A stretch of 64,000 nucleotides of DNA, from assembly GCA_013239625.1 (NCBI GenBank), contig MU054096.1:285098-349097 (forward strand), read 5' to 3'. Below are positions 13,335-26,172 of this stretch, piece by piece; the first letter of the stretch is position 1, and each line of letters starts with the position of its first letter. The position numbers were made by a program, and so were the translations under genes. Origin of the DNA: Lama guanicoe. Its lineage: Eukaryota. Under the pieces are notes generated by a model, which was not told the DNA's origin, did not search any database, and saw only the letters and a list, made by a program, of their open reading frames with translations.

Positions 13335-13612
13335 TATATTTTATTTTACTTTATTTACTATTTTATTTTGTTTTCTGTGCTTTTCAAAAAAACCCCCAAA
13401 TATAGTCAGTTTACAATGTTGTGTCAATTTCTGATGTGCAGCACAATGCTTCAGTCATACATGTACATACATATATTCATTTTCATATTCTTTTTCATTA
13501 TAGGTTACTACAAGATATTGACTATAGTTCCTTGCGCTGTACAGTATAAACCTGCTGTTTATCTATTTTATATATAGTAGTTAGTGTCTGCAAATCTCAA
13601 ACTCCCCATTTG
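13335..13612 (-). mobile_element. L1 3' end
   Basis: Same subfamily 3'UTR sequence with T-rich tail. Confidence 0.85.
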
Positions 13613-15791
13613 GAAAGCAGAGCTTAGTGGAAGGGTAATAGAGGAGTCTAGTCATTGGGAAACTGCACCCAGGACACTAGAAATAGGATGGCGTTCCTCG
13701 TAATGGAAGATGGATTTGGAAAGAAAATTTGGATCATCTTCTGAGAAAATTTTGATAGACTTGGGGGCCGGAGTGTATTGTCTTAAGATCAGATGCTTGA
13801 ATCTAATTATCATCATGTCCTGTAAATCTTTACCATGACTTCCTTTTGGTGCTAAGTGTAACCAAGAGAAAGGACTTTGGGCCATTCGTAGGTGAGGGGT
13901 CTAGAGTGGCAGCAGAGAGTCCTTTGGGACTGGTGGGGTATTGACAGCAGAGGTCACAATTAGGAAAAGACTGCACCCGGGTCTTAGGAGAGGACTGTCA
14001 GGTTTTTCCTGAGCAGACTCCCTCCTCAGCAGTTGGAGGGCCCTGAGTCTCTTTCCCTCTGAGGGAAGTTGATTGACCCCTTACTGGAATGACCAGGACA
14101 GTACTCCAGAAACATGTTTCTGCTCTCCAACAAGGGGGATGCTGGAAGGGCTGGTTGAGAGGGACTAATCTGCAAGGCGAAGGCTGGGGTCACAGTTGAG
14201 GGCAGGGTGGGAAGCAAAGCAGAGGATAAGGCCTTGCAACTCACAGTGCGGTCCCTGGGCCAACAGGATCTGCACCCCACTACGTATTTTAATGAAATCT
14301 CCTGGAGATCTGTCAGCACAGTCGAAATTTAGGAAGCCCTGGGCGAGTGCTGAGAGACTGAGGAGGGAAGGGTGGATTTGAAAAGCCTGTGAAGGTGTCA
14401 ATTAGCATGCCTTGGTGTCTTGACACTTTTAGAGAGAGATGACTCAAAGATGACTCCAAGAAGACACATCCAGGAGATTAAAGAAGACAAGTAATTTTCC
14501 AACCTACGGAGAATTGATCATCTAATTAAAAATCAGCCTGTCTGTGAATTAAAGCAGTAGATCTGTTGACAGATCACGTTTCCTTTTGCTCAGCAAGCTG
14601 GACACACCCACTAGCTTTATTTTTTTATTTCTTTTGCATTTGAGAACAATCAGATTGCCTTTTACTCCCCGGTAAGTCAACTGGACTGTCCTTGCTTGTA
14701 TTCGGTTCCCTCTTTTAATCAGAGTTTTCTTTCTGTGTGTTTATATGTAATCATGGACATTGCTGATTATTAGGGCCATTGCAGACAAGCCACCAGCTGT
14801 CTCGGTGTGTAACCTATCCTAATATAGCCCCTAGGATGTTTAGGGGACCAGTAAGAATGGCCTTGTTCTCAGAGCTGTGGAAGCAACAGGACAGCCCCGT
14901 GGGTGCCTCATTTACAGTCCAGGGCTACTAACCTGAGTGACTCTGGATTCCTTCATTAAATGAAAGAACCAAGAAAGGGAAAGACACCGTTAATGGAACA
15001 GCACCCTCGCAGCATTCATACGTCAGACGTATGTCCAGGGGTTGACAGTTTCAGGGGCTCATCCACATGTTCTGGCTACATGGCACCAGCCCCATGGATA
15101 TTTGCAAACATCCATGTAATTGAATACCTTTTTCCGTTCCAACCCCATCACATTTCTGCATCGTGTAGAAACTGGAGGGATCCTGCTCTCTCTCCCAGTG
15201 CAGGGGGAAAACCTCCAGCGACCCCCTCAGCCTCTCCTCATTACCTAGTTACTTCCAAAGCAGAAATTCTAATTCCAACCAAGAAAAACAAGGATCTCGG
15301 AACAAAGAGAGAGAAAACAGTTCTTTTCTGTCTGCTAAAGCTAGCGGATGGTGAAAACTGCACACCTTGGCCGTCGTAAGATGTGTGGTTCATTCCTCCA
15401 GAAAAAGCAGTCACCTGGGTGAATTTCAGGGCTCAAGATGCTGGGAGGTTTCGGTGAGTCTCTCAGGTGACAACTGCAGAGTGAACCCAGTGGTCCACTG
15501 CCTCGTTTACATCACCGGGGCCCCTCGCTGCTTCCCAGATGTTATCACTCCCCATCAGGACTCCCCAGGCTCCAGACTGGCACCCTCAAGGCTAAATTTG
15601 ACCTGCAGACATGTCTAGTTTGGACTACTCAGTGTTTTTTTTTTTTTATAAAATTTGAGCCAAATATCTAAAATAGGGAAATTTCACATTCCTCGTATGA
15701 CAAAAATCAGCTGGAACTGGCTGGTGACCACCCCAGGGTGCCTCAGTTCTCATCATTCCCAGCCACTTCCCTGATTATGGGGCTGAGTGCT

Positions 15792-16700
15792 TGTGAGATA
15801 AAGGAAACAGATTGATGGATTTTTCTCCACTGTGAGTGCCTGGCGTACCGCTCCTAAAATCCTTGCGATTTCCTAAGTGCTGAGAGCATTAGATTTTTTG
15901 TTCTAGTGTTTAGTCTCTGACCCTGGCTTCTGGCACAGAGCTCCTAAATCCCTGGAAATTCCCAGGTGACAGGAATGTCTTTTGTTTTAATGAGGTAACT
16001 GTGGGTGGCTTCCTGGGTGGGGGCTGGTCATCAGATAGACCACGCCGTGATGAGAAGTTTGGAATTTTCAGCCCTACTGCCCATTGTCAGAGAAAGGAGA
16101 GGGGCTGGAAATGGAGTTAATGATCAATCATGTATTTGTGATGAAGCCTCCGTACAAATCCCCAAAGTACAGGGTTTGGAAAGCTTCTGGTTGGTGAAGA
16201 TACCTACATGCTGGGAAGGTGGTACCACCTCCCCCCACCGCCACCCATCTCTACAGGGACAGAAGCTCCTGTGCTTGGGACCTTTCCAGACCTCACTCTA
16301 GGCTTCTCTTCACTTGGTTTTTCATCTGTATCCTTTATCACATTTTTTATTAAATAATAAACTAGCCAAGGTAAAAAAGTGTTTCCCGGAGTTCTTTGAG
16401 CTCTTCTAGCAAATGATCAAACCCAAGGGGAGGTCACAGTAACCTCTCATTTATAGACAAGTTGTGGGCAACCTGGGGACCTACTTCTTGAGATTAGCAT
16501 CTGAAGTGGGGGGCAGTCTCAGTTAACCTGAGGGGTCTGCGTTAACTCTGTTTAGTGTCAGAATTGGATTGGTTTCTCGGACACCCAGCTGGTTGCTCGG
16601 TGGGGGAGAAAAGCTCACACCCCTGGTGTCAGGAGGGTTGTGAGTGTGGCAGTAGTGTGAGAGTAAAGAAAAACACGCAGAAGTGAGCTTTTCCTATCCA
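15792..16700 (+). mobile_element. MER21-like LTR
   Basis: ggcacagagctcctaaatccctggaaattcccaggtga...gggacagaagctcctgtgcttgggacctttccagacctc, recalled MER21 features. Confidence 0.7.
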
Positions 16701-16744
16701 GGGCCAGTTTTCATTTATTGGTATTTGTACTTGCTATGTTATTT

Positions 16745-17035
16745 ATCTCTTTTTCTTTTTCTTTTTTTAAATTGAGGTATAGTCAGTTACAATGTTGTGT
16801 CAATTTCTGGCGCACAGCATCATGTTTCAGTCATACATACACACAAATATATTCATTTTCATATTCTTTTCCATTATAGGTTACCGCAAGATATTGAATA
16901 CAGTTGTCTGTGCTACACAGTAGACCTTGTTGTTTATCTCTTTTATATATAATAGTTAGTACCTGCAAATCTCAAACTCCCAATTTAACCCTTCCCGTCC
17001 CCTTTCCCCTGGTAACCATAAGTTTGTTTATTTGT
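16745..17035 (-). mobile_element. L1 3' end
   Basis: Same subfamily 3'UTR. Confidence 0.85.
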
Positions 17036-17549
17036 TTGTTTGTTTTACTTTTTCTTGAAGTAGAGAAATATTTATCCAGGCCCATGCATGACAGCAAAAG
17101 ATAAATTGAGAATTATATGTCAAGGAAAATAGGAGTGCCCAATTTTCTTTTAACAGATTTGAGGCATATTATTGAATATATATGTGTATTGAAAGATGAC
17201 TTAAGACACTGGTTACTGCCTGGGCTCTAGGGTCAGTTGAATGAGTGACCTTCTTTGTCTCCCAGATGTGGAAATAGTACCTGAATTTCCAGGGACGAAA
17301 ACTAAAATAAGTCTAGAAAATGCATGGGATGTCTGAGCAGAAATGCACCTTGACCTGGGGGAGACTGAGTCATTGTTCAGCAGTGCTATGTAGGGAGTGT
17401 TGTGGCATCTCTGTTTCTGCCTTTCTTCAGGAACACCTGCTCTCAGCGCAGACTTTAATCAGGAAATAATTCTTCACATCAAAAGCAGCAGAATAAAGCC
17501 CTCTCCCACCCTCCCACATGCTCATGGCACCAGGCACCAAAAGAGATCG

Positions 17550-17942
17550 TGGACTTTCACAGTCCATTTGCACTGGTATAACAAAGTACCGCAGACTGGG
17601 TGGGTGGAAGAGCTTATAAACAACAGAAATTTATCTCTCACGCTGCTGGAGTCTAGAAGCCTGAGATGGGGGCATCAGCGTGGTTGGGCTCTGGTAAGCA
17701 CCCTCTTCGGGTTTCAGATGACCTGCTGATTGTATCTTCACATGGATCCAAGAGCTGGTGGAAGCATCAAGTTCCTCATGACTCCTATTAGGACGCTAAT
17801 CCCATTCACGAGGGCTCCACCCTCCTGACCTCAGCTGGCTCTAATTATGTCCCAAAGGCCCCCGTCTCCTGATACCATCACATTGCAGGGTAGGGTTTTA
17901 ACGTATGAATTTGGGGCGGACTCAAACCTTCAGTCTGTAACA
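17550..17942. mobile_element. MLT1A-like MaLR LTR
   Basis: ataacaaagtaccgcagactggg...aacaacagaaatttat...aatcccattcacgagggctccaccctc...tgtaaca. Confidence 0.8.
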
Positions 17943-18803
17943 CTGAGCCCTGCACAGGGTAGAGAGCAGGGCTGCCGCATCTTGTAAACAGACAGAAGAC
18001 AAATCTACCTGTAATGATGTGTCTAACTGCAGCTCAAACTTTTAGAACACAGCTACAGGTTCCCACCTGTGAAGGAAACAAGAGACAACGATAAGGATCC
18101 AACGTGAAATTTAAGGATGTGCATAAGTAGCCCTGAGTGCTGGGCAGACAGACATAAGACAGTCAGGAGAACCTTAAAGAGGAAAAGTCCAGACCATAGC
18201 AGAGCAGAGATGATCCCCTTGGCTGAGACCCCTTGTCTACCTACTCCTAAGTGCTGGCCACAGTTCTTTAGCAGAAGGAATCAGAAATGGTGCAAGATTG
18301 TTCATGATGGGGTCCCCAGGGGAGCAAAAATTATACTCATCTTTTCTGTTGCTTGGGGGGGCAATGGGGGCAGGGCAGCAGAAATGGCCGGCTATTTTTT
18401 CTGTTCAGGGAAGAGTCTCTCTACCAGCCTTCTAGGGGCAGAGGAAGATGGGAGAGGTCCACTGCTCTGGATTTTTGCCCCTTACAGAGCTGTCTTCAGA
18501 GGGAGAGGCAGGAAAGTTTCACAGGGGTAGAGGAGCCTACTGGGGTGCCCTGGCTCGTACTCTTTTGAAGTTGAACACTTTGAGCATCTCTCTTAGACTG
18601 CGACAGGCCTACTGACAGCCGCTTTCAGGACACAGCTTCAAAGAGGAAGCCACGTCAAGGGGAGGGAATACCAGGGCTGGGTGAGCCCTGTTTCTAGCGG
18701 AGAGGAGGCAAAGGTTGGGGAGGGAGGGCCATCACCGGCCCAGCATACAGCTAAGATACACCTTGGGGACTGTGTGAAGCACACGAAGGTTAATGAAAAG
18801 AGC

Positions 18804-19474
18804 TGTAAGCTTGGAGGAATCCAGAACTGGGGTGCTGCTGGTGGATAGGTTCTTGTGTTGCTGCAGAAAGAATTCAGAGATGAGACATGGAGGTTAAGAA
18901 AGTAAAGTGAGGATTTATTAAGGGTTGGACAGGACACTCTCAAGGGGAGAGCGGGCAGACTCAGGGGAGCAGCTGCCCTAAGTTTCTTTGGCAAGTTGGT
19001 TACATAGGGTGTAAAAGAGAATGAACAGAATATCCATTGGGGAGAAGGGGGTTTGGGGCCATATTCCCTGATTTCCATCCCAGCTCCACCTTCTGGAAGG
19101 GAGGAGGGATTTTTGTCCTTATTTAGTCTGGATCAGAAGTGTCATGGCGTTGGTGCATGATGGATACTTCCGATCTGCAAGGCTAATTTTATTAAAAGTG
19201 AGGGCATAATGAGCAAAAGGTTACATTCAGACACTGAAGAGTCCTACCTTTTCCTGTCTTTCTTTGTCTGCCTCCCGGCCACTTGTCACCCGAAAATGTG
19301 TGACCGCTTATCTGCCCAGAGGTTCCTGATTTTCTTTCTCTGCCCAGGGACTCCTGTTTACAGGATGTGGGGTTTCCTGCATTTGGCACGTGCCCCTCCT
19401 TTCTGCCCAGTTCCTGCAATCTGGCCTGTGTCCCCCTTTCCCTGCTCATGCTTAGCCATCTGCCTGCTCTAACA
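18804..19474 (-). mobile_element. Solo LTR (ERV1-like)
   Basis: Minus strand starts TGTTAGAGCAGG, has AATAAA (tttatt at ~18914) and ends ...CTTACA; left boundary approximate. Confidence 0.7.
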
Positions 19475-21070
19475 GGGGCACTGCTGGTCCAGGCATCATC
19501 TGGTCAGTAACAGTCTCACTGAAATAGTGGATCGGTGCCCCCCAGCACGTGTGGGGCCGGACTTAGCCGCACACCCCCAGTCAGGGCAGTGGTGGTAGGA
19601 GACCAGTGTGGCGCTTTCCAGCTCTCTCTCCCTTCTGGGCTTAAGGAAGCCCTTGACGTGCTTAGTCAATTCAAGGAGTGGTGAGTCTGTTCTTGGCAGA
19701 GACGCTGGGCTTCTTGATATCAGGGTGGGTTTGAGTCCACTGGAGCTGGCGAGCTGGTCCTCGGGGCTGCGTGGTCGGGGAGAAATGTGCAGACTAAACT
19801 CGTCTAGTTTTCACCCCATCACACAGGGTCGATCTCTCTTTACAAAGCCCCTGGCTGCTTTCACGTGACTTCGAGTCAAAGACAAAGCGGCACCTGGATA
19901 AGGCGGACCCTCCTGGCCAGTTGCAGACAAGACTCCAGCACTCGGTGTGGATGAATCAGGTAATTGGCTCCTTCTCACTGGTTTCTGCCTTAATGAGGTC
20001 TATTGCGGTCTGGCTGGACAGCATGGTCATTTATGCATGTGTAGGAGGTGGGGGTGAGAGGCACTGAAGGTGAGTGACAATGGGAAAGAGACCCGTTTCT
20101 TTTCCATGCAGAGGTGGCCGCTTGGCACATTGCTGATGCCCACCCAAGGCAAGGCCTGAGCAAGGCTGATGGGGCCGGGAGAGTGGGCCAGCCTCTTGGA
20201 TGGTAGGAGCCCCGAGGTGGACCACGAGGCCCAGACGGCGCCCCAGCAGCAGGGGCCGCCTCCTTCCCACCCACCGCTTCACACTGCGGGAGCGCTGGGC
20301 GTGGGAGACACGCCCGCCCGTTCAGATGCACCTCGGGAGGTTTCAGCACGTCCCGAGATCTGACAGTCAGGTTAGCACATACCAGCACAGCTTGAAATGA
20401 CAGATAATAAGCATTAATCTCCCTAATAAATTCATTAGTCAGCCATAAGGTCTTGAAAGAGGTTTGTACACTCAGATCATAAATTAAGCCCTGGTTAGGC
20501 ACTACCCTTCTCTGCCTTTGCTCAACAAACCTCCCAGGAGATCTAATGGAACCACAAGTTTCTTCAGCCTTCCATTAAATCATGCTTTCCTTTGCCTAAT
20601 TAATCTGACACAAAACGTCACCAAAGATTTTATGGTATAGTTTAAAAAAAGAAAAGTGGTAATGTCGAATCTAACTTCTATGTGTTCTATGGGCCTAGTT
20701 GTTGAAAAGACTGTTGATGTATGCAGTCATTCCGGATCCTGCGCTCCTGGGAACCGATACCCCCTACCAGGGCATCTTGCAGGGAGATTGGAAGAGCTCC
20801 ACTCACCTGGTGCTTCCTTCAGGGTGGGCTCCCCTCACGCCCAGGGCAGTGGCTGCTTGGTCCAGAAAACCAGCCCTCAACTGTCTTTCTCTCTGGCTGT
20901 TCTAACCCACGATTCCTGGGTGTGGAGCGCCTCCTCCCTTAGACGGTCTTTTTCAGTTTAATTATGCAGACGGTGTTTTGTATTCCTGGCTCACAGAGCA
21001 CCACGGACTAGCAAAGCATAGAGAGGTGCCAGGAGATCCTGTCAAAACAGCTGTCAGATTCCTCTCTCAA

Positions 21071-21634
21071 TAAGACAGGAAGGGAAGGGGGCAGCCAGCC
21101 ATTCAAGGACTGACACAGCAATTAGCACCAAGATGGTGGGAGATTCAACTCCAGTAGACCTTGTGGCCCAAGATGGCGGGAGAGTTGACTCCCAGTAGAC
21201 CTTGAGCTACATTATACGTTCATTATACGTTCATTATAATATATTAACATGGGAAATGACACACCCGCAGGTGCCATGACAGTTCCCAGGCTGACCACCA
21301 TCAAAAGGTGAGTGGTGGCCCAATGCCAGGGAACTCCAGCCCCTTCCCCAAAGTGGCTGGAATACTCCACCCGCTTATTAGCATCTGAGGTTACCGAGCT
21401 CATAAAAACCAACAACCCCCGCACTTCAGGGCTGCCCTCCCTTCTGAGTGAGATGATCCTCACTCTGTCTATGGGGTGTGCATCTCTCTGAATAAATCTA
21501 CCTTTACTCAACCGTGGCTCGCTCTTGAATTCTCCCCTGCACGAAGCCAAGGACCCACACTTGGCGGGTCCATCCCAGGGACTCAGCAGAGACCTGGGAC
21601 ACGCCATCCTCTAGCCTCACATTTTCCTGTATCA
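21071..21634 (+). mobile_element. Solo LTR (ERV1-like)
   Basis: U3 repeats (ccaagatggtgggaga/ccaagatggcgggaga), cataaaaa, AATAAA at ~21491, ends ...TGTATCA. Confidence 0.8.
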
Positions 21635-22076
21635 TCTTAACTCTCAGTCTTATCTTTCCCTCCCCGCTGCCTTGTGCTGCCGGCTTAACTGAGGAAATCC
21701 TATTTTGGCTCCCACACTTTCTTGCCTTTGACTCTACATCACTGCAGACAGGTTCAGAATTCCCACCTGTAAAGTTCTCCATGATCTCAATCGTTAACCT
21801 GTATCCCCTCAATCTCTGCTATTTACTAAAACCTTTCCAGGTGGTCCCATGAGCTTTACCGTTCTCTCTTCTTCTCTCATTACTCAGCAATTGAAAGTAC
21901 AGGATCTCTGCATAACATAAGTTGGCTTTGAAATATTTTGAAGTTTAAATCTTCTGGGAAGTTGGTATCCGCCACCAGTTGGCAAAGGCAGCCATGGTGA
22001 CATGCTGAGTGTCTGTGACAGGCATGAGTCTAGGTTCCTGGGGATACAGAGGTGAACAAAACAGAAAGCTTCCTTA

Positions 22077-22585
22077 TGTGAATGAAAAGCATTGCAGCCG
22101 TATCAGTAAACAGAGGATGCTGTGGCCATCAGGTCATCAGCTGCCACCACCGCCCCCCAACAGTGAGCAGAGGGAACTCAGAATGCAGACAAGGAGGCAG
22201 CCTGGCCTCTGCTGCCACCCTCAAGGGTGCCCCCTGAGGGAATTCAGGACAGGAAAGAACAGGACAGTGGCCCTAGACAGCTAGGTGTAGATCAGAGTAA
22301 TGATTTCAGTGAGCCCAGACCTTTGCACCTCCCCATACATAGAAAAGCGCTGAATTCCTTAACTTGAGATGTCTGGTTTTCTTTCATTAACAGTCATCTT
22401 TTGATGTTCTGACTACCTGGTCTTTGTTATGGAACCTCTTATATATCCTGGCTTCTACCTGGCCTCTTTGGAACAGCTTTTCAGAGAGATCTGAGATGCT
22501 GTGTCCCGGGCTTGAGCCCTCAGAAAGTCCATGGAATAAAGCATATCTCTCAGCTTTTAAGTTGTGCATTTTATTTCCGTTGACA
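22077..22585 (+). mobile_element. Solo LTR inserted in an L2 remnant
   Basis: TGT...ACA ends, TATATA at ~22439, AATAAA at ~22535. Confidence 0.75.
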
Positions 22586-23349
22586 CCTCCTCTAGCTGAC
22601 ATCCTGGTTGTACAACCTGTTGGCTGGTTTAACTGTTGACTGTTGCCAAATCTTGGGAATTTTTATTGAAGTTCCCTGAGAGTAACACAGCAAGACTTCG
22701 TATTAACAAACACACATTTTAAAAAAATTAGGGTAGAGAGGTTTTTTTCCCGCTGTGTTTTGAGGGATCCATGAAGAGGATGCACGTACTGGTTTCCTGT
22801 TGAGAATGGAATTGTCAGCGAAGAAAGATGAGCAAGTGTTTTCAGATCATTCATGGTACCCTGCTGGCGGGTCTGCCCTCCCAGTGAATTTTTAACACAA
22901 CTGAAATTCCCCTTCACCTGGAAAACGATCTTATTTGACGCTGATAAATACATTTATCTATGCACTTCTTATTGTTTTAAAAAAATTCCATATGCATTTA
23001 TTTTCCCCAATTATGCATGCAAAATGTAAGTTTTTAAGGGCAGAAGACAGACAAGAATATGGGAGTGTTTTCAGTTCTTTCAGTCCGCTACTTGTGTGAA
23101 CTCGGAGGTGATAGTCACGTTTTTAAGACCACATATAGCCAGGCCCTGAGCAACCAGAGCACGTGTGGCCTTCCCAGCATGTGTCAGCTGAATATAAGTT
23201 CCTGAGGAATCCCAGGAAACAGTCTCTCTCAACTAAAGGGGAACAGATTAGGTGGAATATTCACATATTAGTATTTTGCAGACAAATATAGCCCTGAAGT
23301 ATTTTTTGTTTTGTTTTGCTTTTGCTTTTGGCCAGCTAGATGGTTTTTA

Positions 23350-24185
23350 AAAAAAATTAATCGATTAATTAATTAATCGATTAATCAAAATTTTATTGAA
23401 GTATAATCAGTTTACAGTGTGTCAATTTCTGGGGTATAGCATAATGTTTCAGTCATACACATGCATACATATATTTCTTTCCATATTCTTTTTTATTATA
23501 GGTTACTACAAGATATTGAATATAATTCCCTGTGCTGCACAGTAGAAACTTGTTTATTTTATATACAGTAGTTAGTATCTGCAAATCTTAAACTCCCAAT
23601 TTATCCCTCCCCACCCGCTTTACCCCCTGGTAACCATAAGTTTGTTTTCTATGTCTATCAGTCTGTGTTTTGTAGATAAGTTCATTAGTGTCTTCTCTCT
23701 CTCTCTTTTTTTTTTTTATATATATCTTGTCTTTTTCTTTTTTAGAGTCCACATATACATGATATCATATGGTATTTTTCTTTCTCTTTCTGGCTTACTT
23801 CACTTAGTATGATGATCTCCAGGTCCATCCATGTTGCAGCAAATGGCATGGCATTGTTTTATTCTTTTTTATGGCTGAGTAGTATTCCATTGTATAAATA
23901 TACCACAGCTTCTTTATCCAGTCATCTGTTGATGGACACTTAGGTTGTTTCCATGTCTTGGCTATTGTAAGTAGTGCTGCTATGAACAATGGGGTGTGTG
24001 TATCTTTTTGAATTAGAATTCCTTCCAGATACATGCGCAGGAGTGGGATTGCTGGATCATATAGTAAGCAAATTTTTAGTTTTTTTGAGGAATACTCCAT
24101 AATGGCTGCCCCAAACTGCATTCCCACCAGCAATGTAGGTGGGTTCCCTTTTCTCCACAGCCTCTCCAGCATTTATCATTTGTCA
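23350..24185 (-). mobile_element. L1 3' end with ORF2 C-terminus
   Basis: Peptide LFIAALLTIAKTWKQPKCPSTDDWIKKLWYIYTMEYYSAIKKN. Confidence 0.92.
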
Positions 24186-24669
24186 GTCCAGCATTTTTGA
24201 AAATTAGAAAAAGCATGCATTTTCCAGTTTGCCCCAGGCCCCACCACTCCCTATTGTGTTTCCACAATTGCTTTCCATTCATTTTCGCCACCAGCCGTCA
24301 TACCTGCCTGGCCCACAATGGCATTTGAGTTTGCAGTCACTGAACTGGAAACTTTCCTTGGTCTCTTTTTCAGCTCTGACTTTTCGAGTTCTTGTCCTCA
24401 CTGCCCTCTCAGTGCTGTGCCTTTTCTCCAGGATTCAGTGAGGGTCGTGGGCAGCATAAGTTGAATATATTACTTTTAAATGCCCCTTAAGCTTTATTCT
24501 CTATTGTCCTCACGATCTGAGTACTGGGTTCTGTTGAATTTTATCAGTGGCAGTCAGTGAGAATTTTTTTAATGGATCTGAAGTTCCGAATGTAGACAAA
24601 AGGAGAATATACTCAAAGTGTACTCCCTGGACCACCAACAATGGTGTAAAAAAATGCAGAGTCCTGTCC

Positions 24670-25100
24670 TAGCTCTGCCCCAAATCCCAAAGACCCATTC
24701 TAGAGTTTGCCTGCAGCTCTGATTGATGGTTCCTTGTGTTAATCTCTCCACTGTTCTGCCTGAGGCTTTCCTGGCTTCAAAGGAACATCCCAATGCCAGA
24801 GAATTCATGCCCAGCAAGACAGCCTCTCCACCTATAAAGCAGAGGGGTCGGAAGTAATACCCCAGCCTTACCCATCTCCAATAAGGCAATTCCAAGGCAT
24901 GTTCCTTTAAGGTTCCTCGCAAGGTCCTCAGCAGAACTGAGCCCCGGTTGCCCTTGGCAATGACCTCGCTCAGGAAGGCACACTTTCCTGCCTCTCTTTC
25001 TCACTCCCCTGTTCGTGCTTCTGGGATCAACACTCCAATCAATTACTTAACGTCTACACCTTTATTTTAGGGTCTACTTTTGGGATAGCTCAGACTAGGA
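24670..25100 (+). mobile_element. Old ERVL LTR (LTR16-like)
   Basis: Degenerate 3' end ...ggtctacttttgggatagctcagactag. Confidence 0.45.
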
Positions 25101-25129
25101 GCCTCACCCCAGAAAAGCATCAGCAGAGT

Positions 25130-25372
25130 GAGGGTGGGTAAGAGATTTTGGAGTTCCACCTCCCGGGCTCACATCCAGGCTCCACCACTAAGGCGTTAAG
25201 TAGTTATTAAGCATTCTGAACATCAGTTTCCGCAACTGTAAAAGGGAATAATAACAGTAGCTTCCTCATATATTTGCTGTGAGGATTAAATGCGTTCATA
25301 CATGTAGAATGCTTATAATAGTGCCTGGCACACAGTAAATGCATAATAAATACTTACTATTATTATTATCTA
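25130..25372 (+). mobile_element. MIR
   Basis: cagtttccgcaactgtaaaagggaataataacagta...gtgaggattaaatg...gtgcctggcacacagtaa. Confidence 0.85.
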
Positions 25373-25744
25373 ATAAATCAAAGTTTCTTGGGTGGGGCTT
25401 AGGAATGTGCTTTTTAAATAAGCTCACCGAGTGATTCTCATGCACGATGAAATTTGAAAGCCACTGAACTAGAGACACGCCCCTTGGCATGTCTGTTCCC
25501 AGAGAAAACATTTGAGAAAACTCAGCCTACCTCATGTAAAAAGCAGCCAAATGACCTCTGTTGCACGGGAAGAAGCCTTGAGATAAAATTAAAAGCTGTG
25601 CCACTGCTCAGAGCTCTGGGAAAAAACAAGGGCAGGGGAGTCCACCTGTGGGGCTCATCCTTGGGGCTGAATCCATCCCTTGGTGTTAGTCACATTCCCA
25701 CATTAGGCAAAATCAGTCCTAAAAGACATCAGTTTTCTAAAAAA

Positions 25745-26172
25745 TCAGTGGTACCCGAAGTGTGTTCAGACCAGTAGCACCAGCATCACCTGGGAGTTTA
25801 TTAGAAATGCGATTCTCGAGTTTTGAAATTTGTAGATACTGACAGGTATCTACAGAATAGATAAACAAGATTATACTGTGTAGCACAGGGAAATGTATAC
25901 AAGATCTTGTGGTAGCTCATGGTGAAAAAGTATGCGACAATGAATATATGTATATTCATGTAAACTGAAAAATTGTGCTCTACACTGGAAATTGACACAA
26001 CATTGTAAACTGACTATAACTCAATAAAATAAAATTTAAAAAAGGATGCAATTCTCAGATCCTGCCCCAGACCGCCTGAATGAAGTTTAACTCTGGGGGT
26101 GGGCTGGCCATCTGTGCTTTGACAAGCCCCCCGTGTGATTCTAATGCAGGATAATATGGGAGCACCACTGTC
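25745..26172. mobile_element. MER5A-like hAT element interrupted by an L1 3' end (25818-26043, +)
   Basis: cagcatcacctgggagtttattagaaatgc...; TSD-like agaaatgcgattctc / aggatgcaattctc around the L1. Confidence 0.75.
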
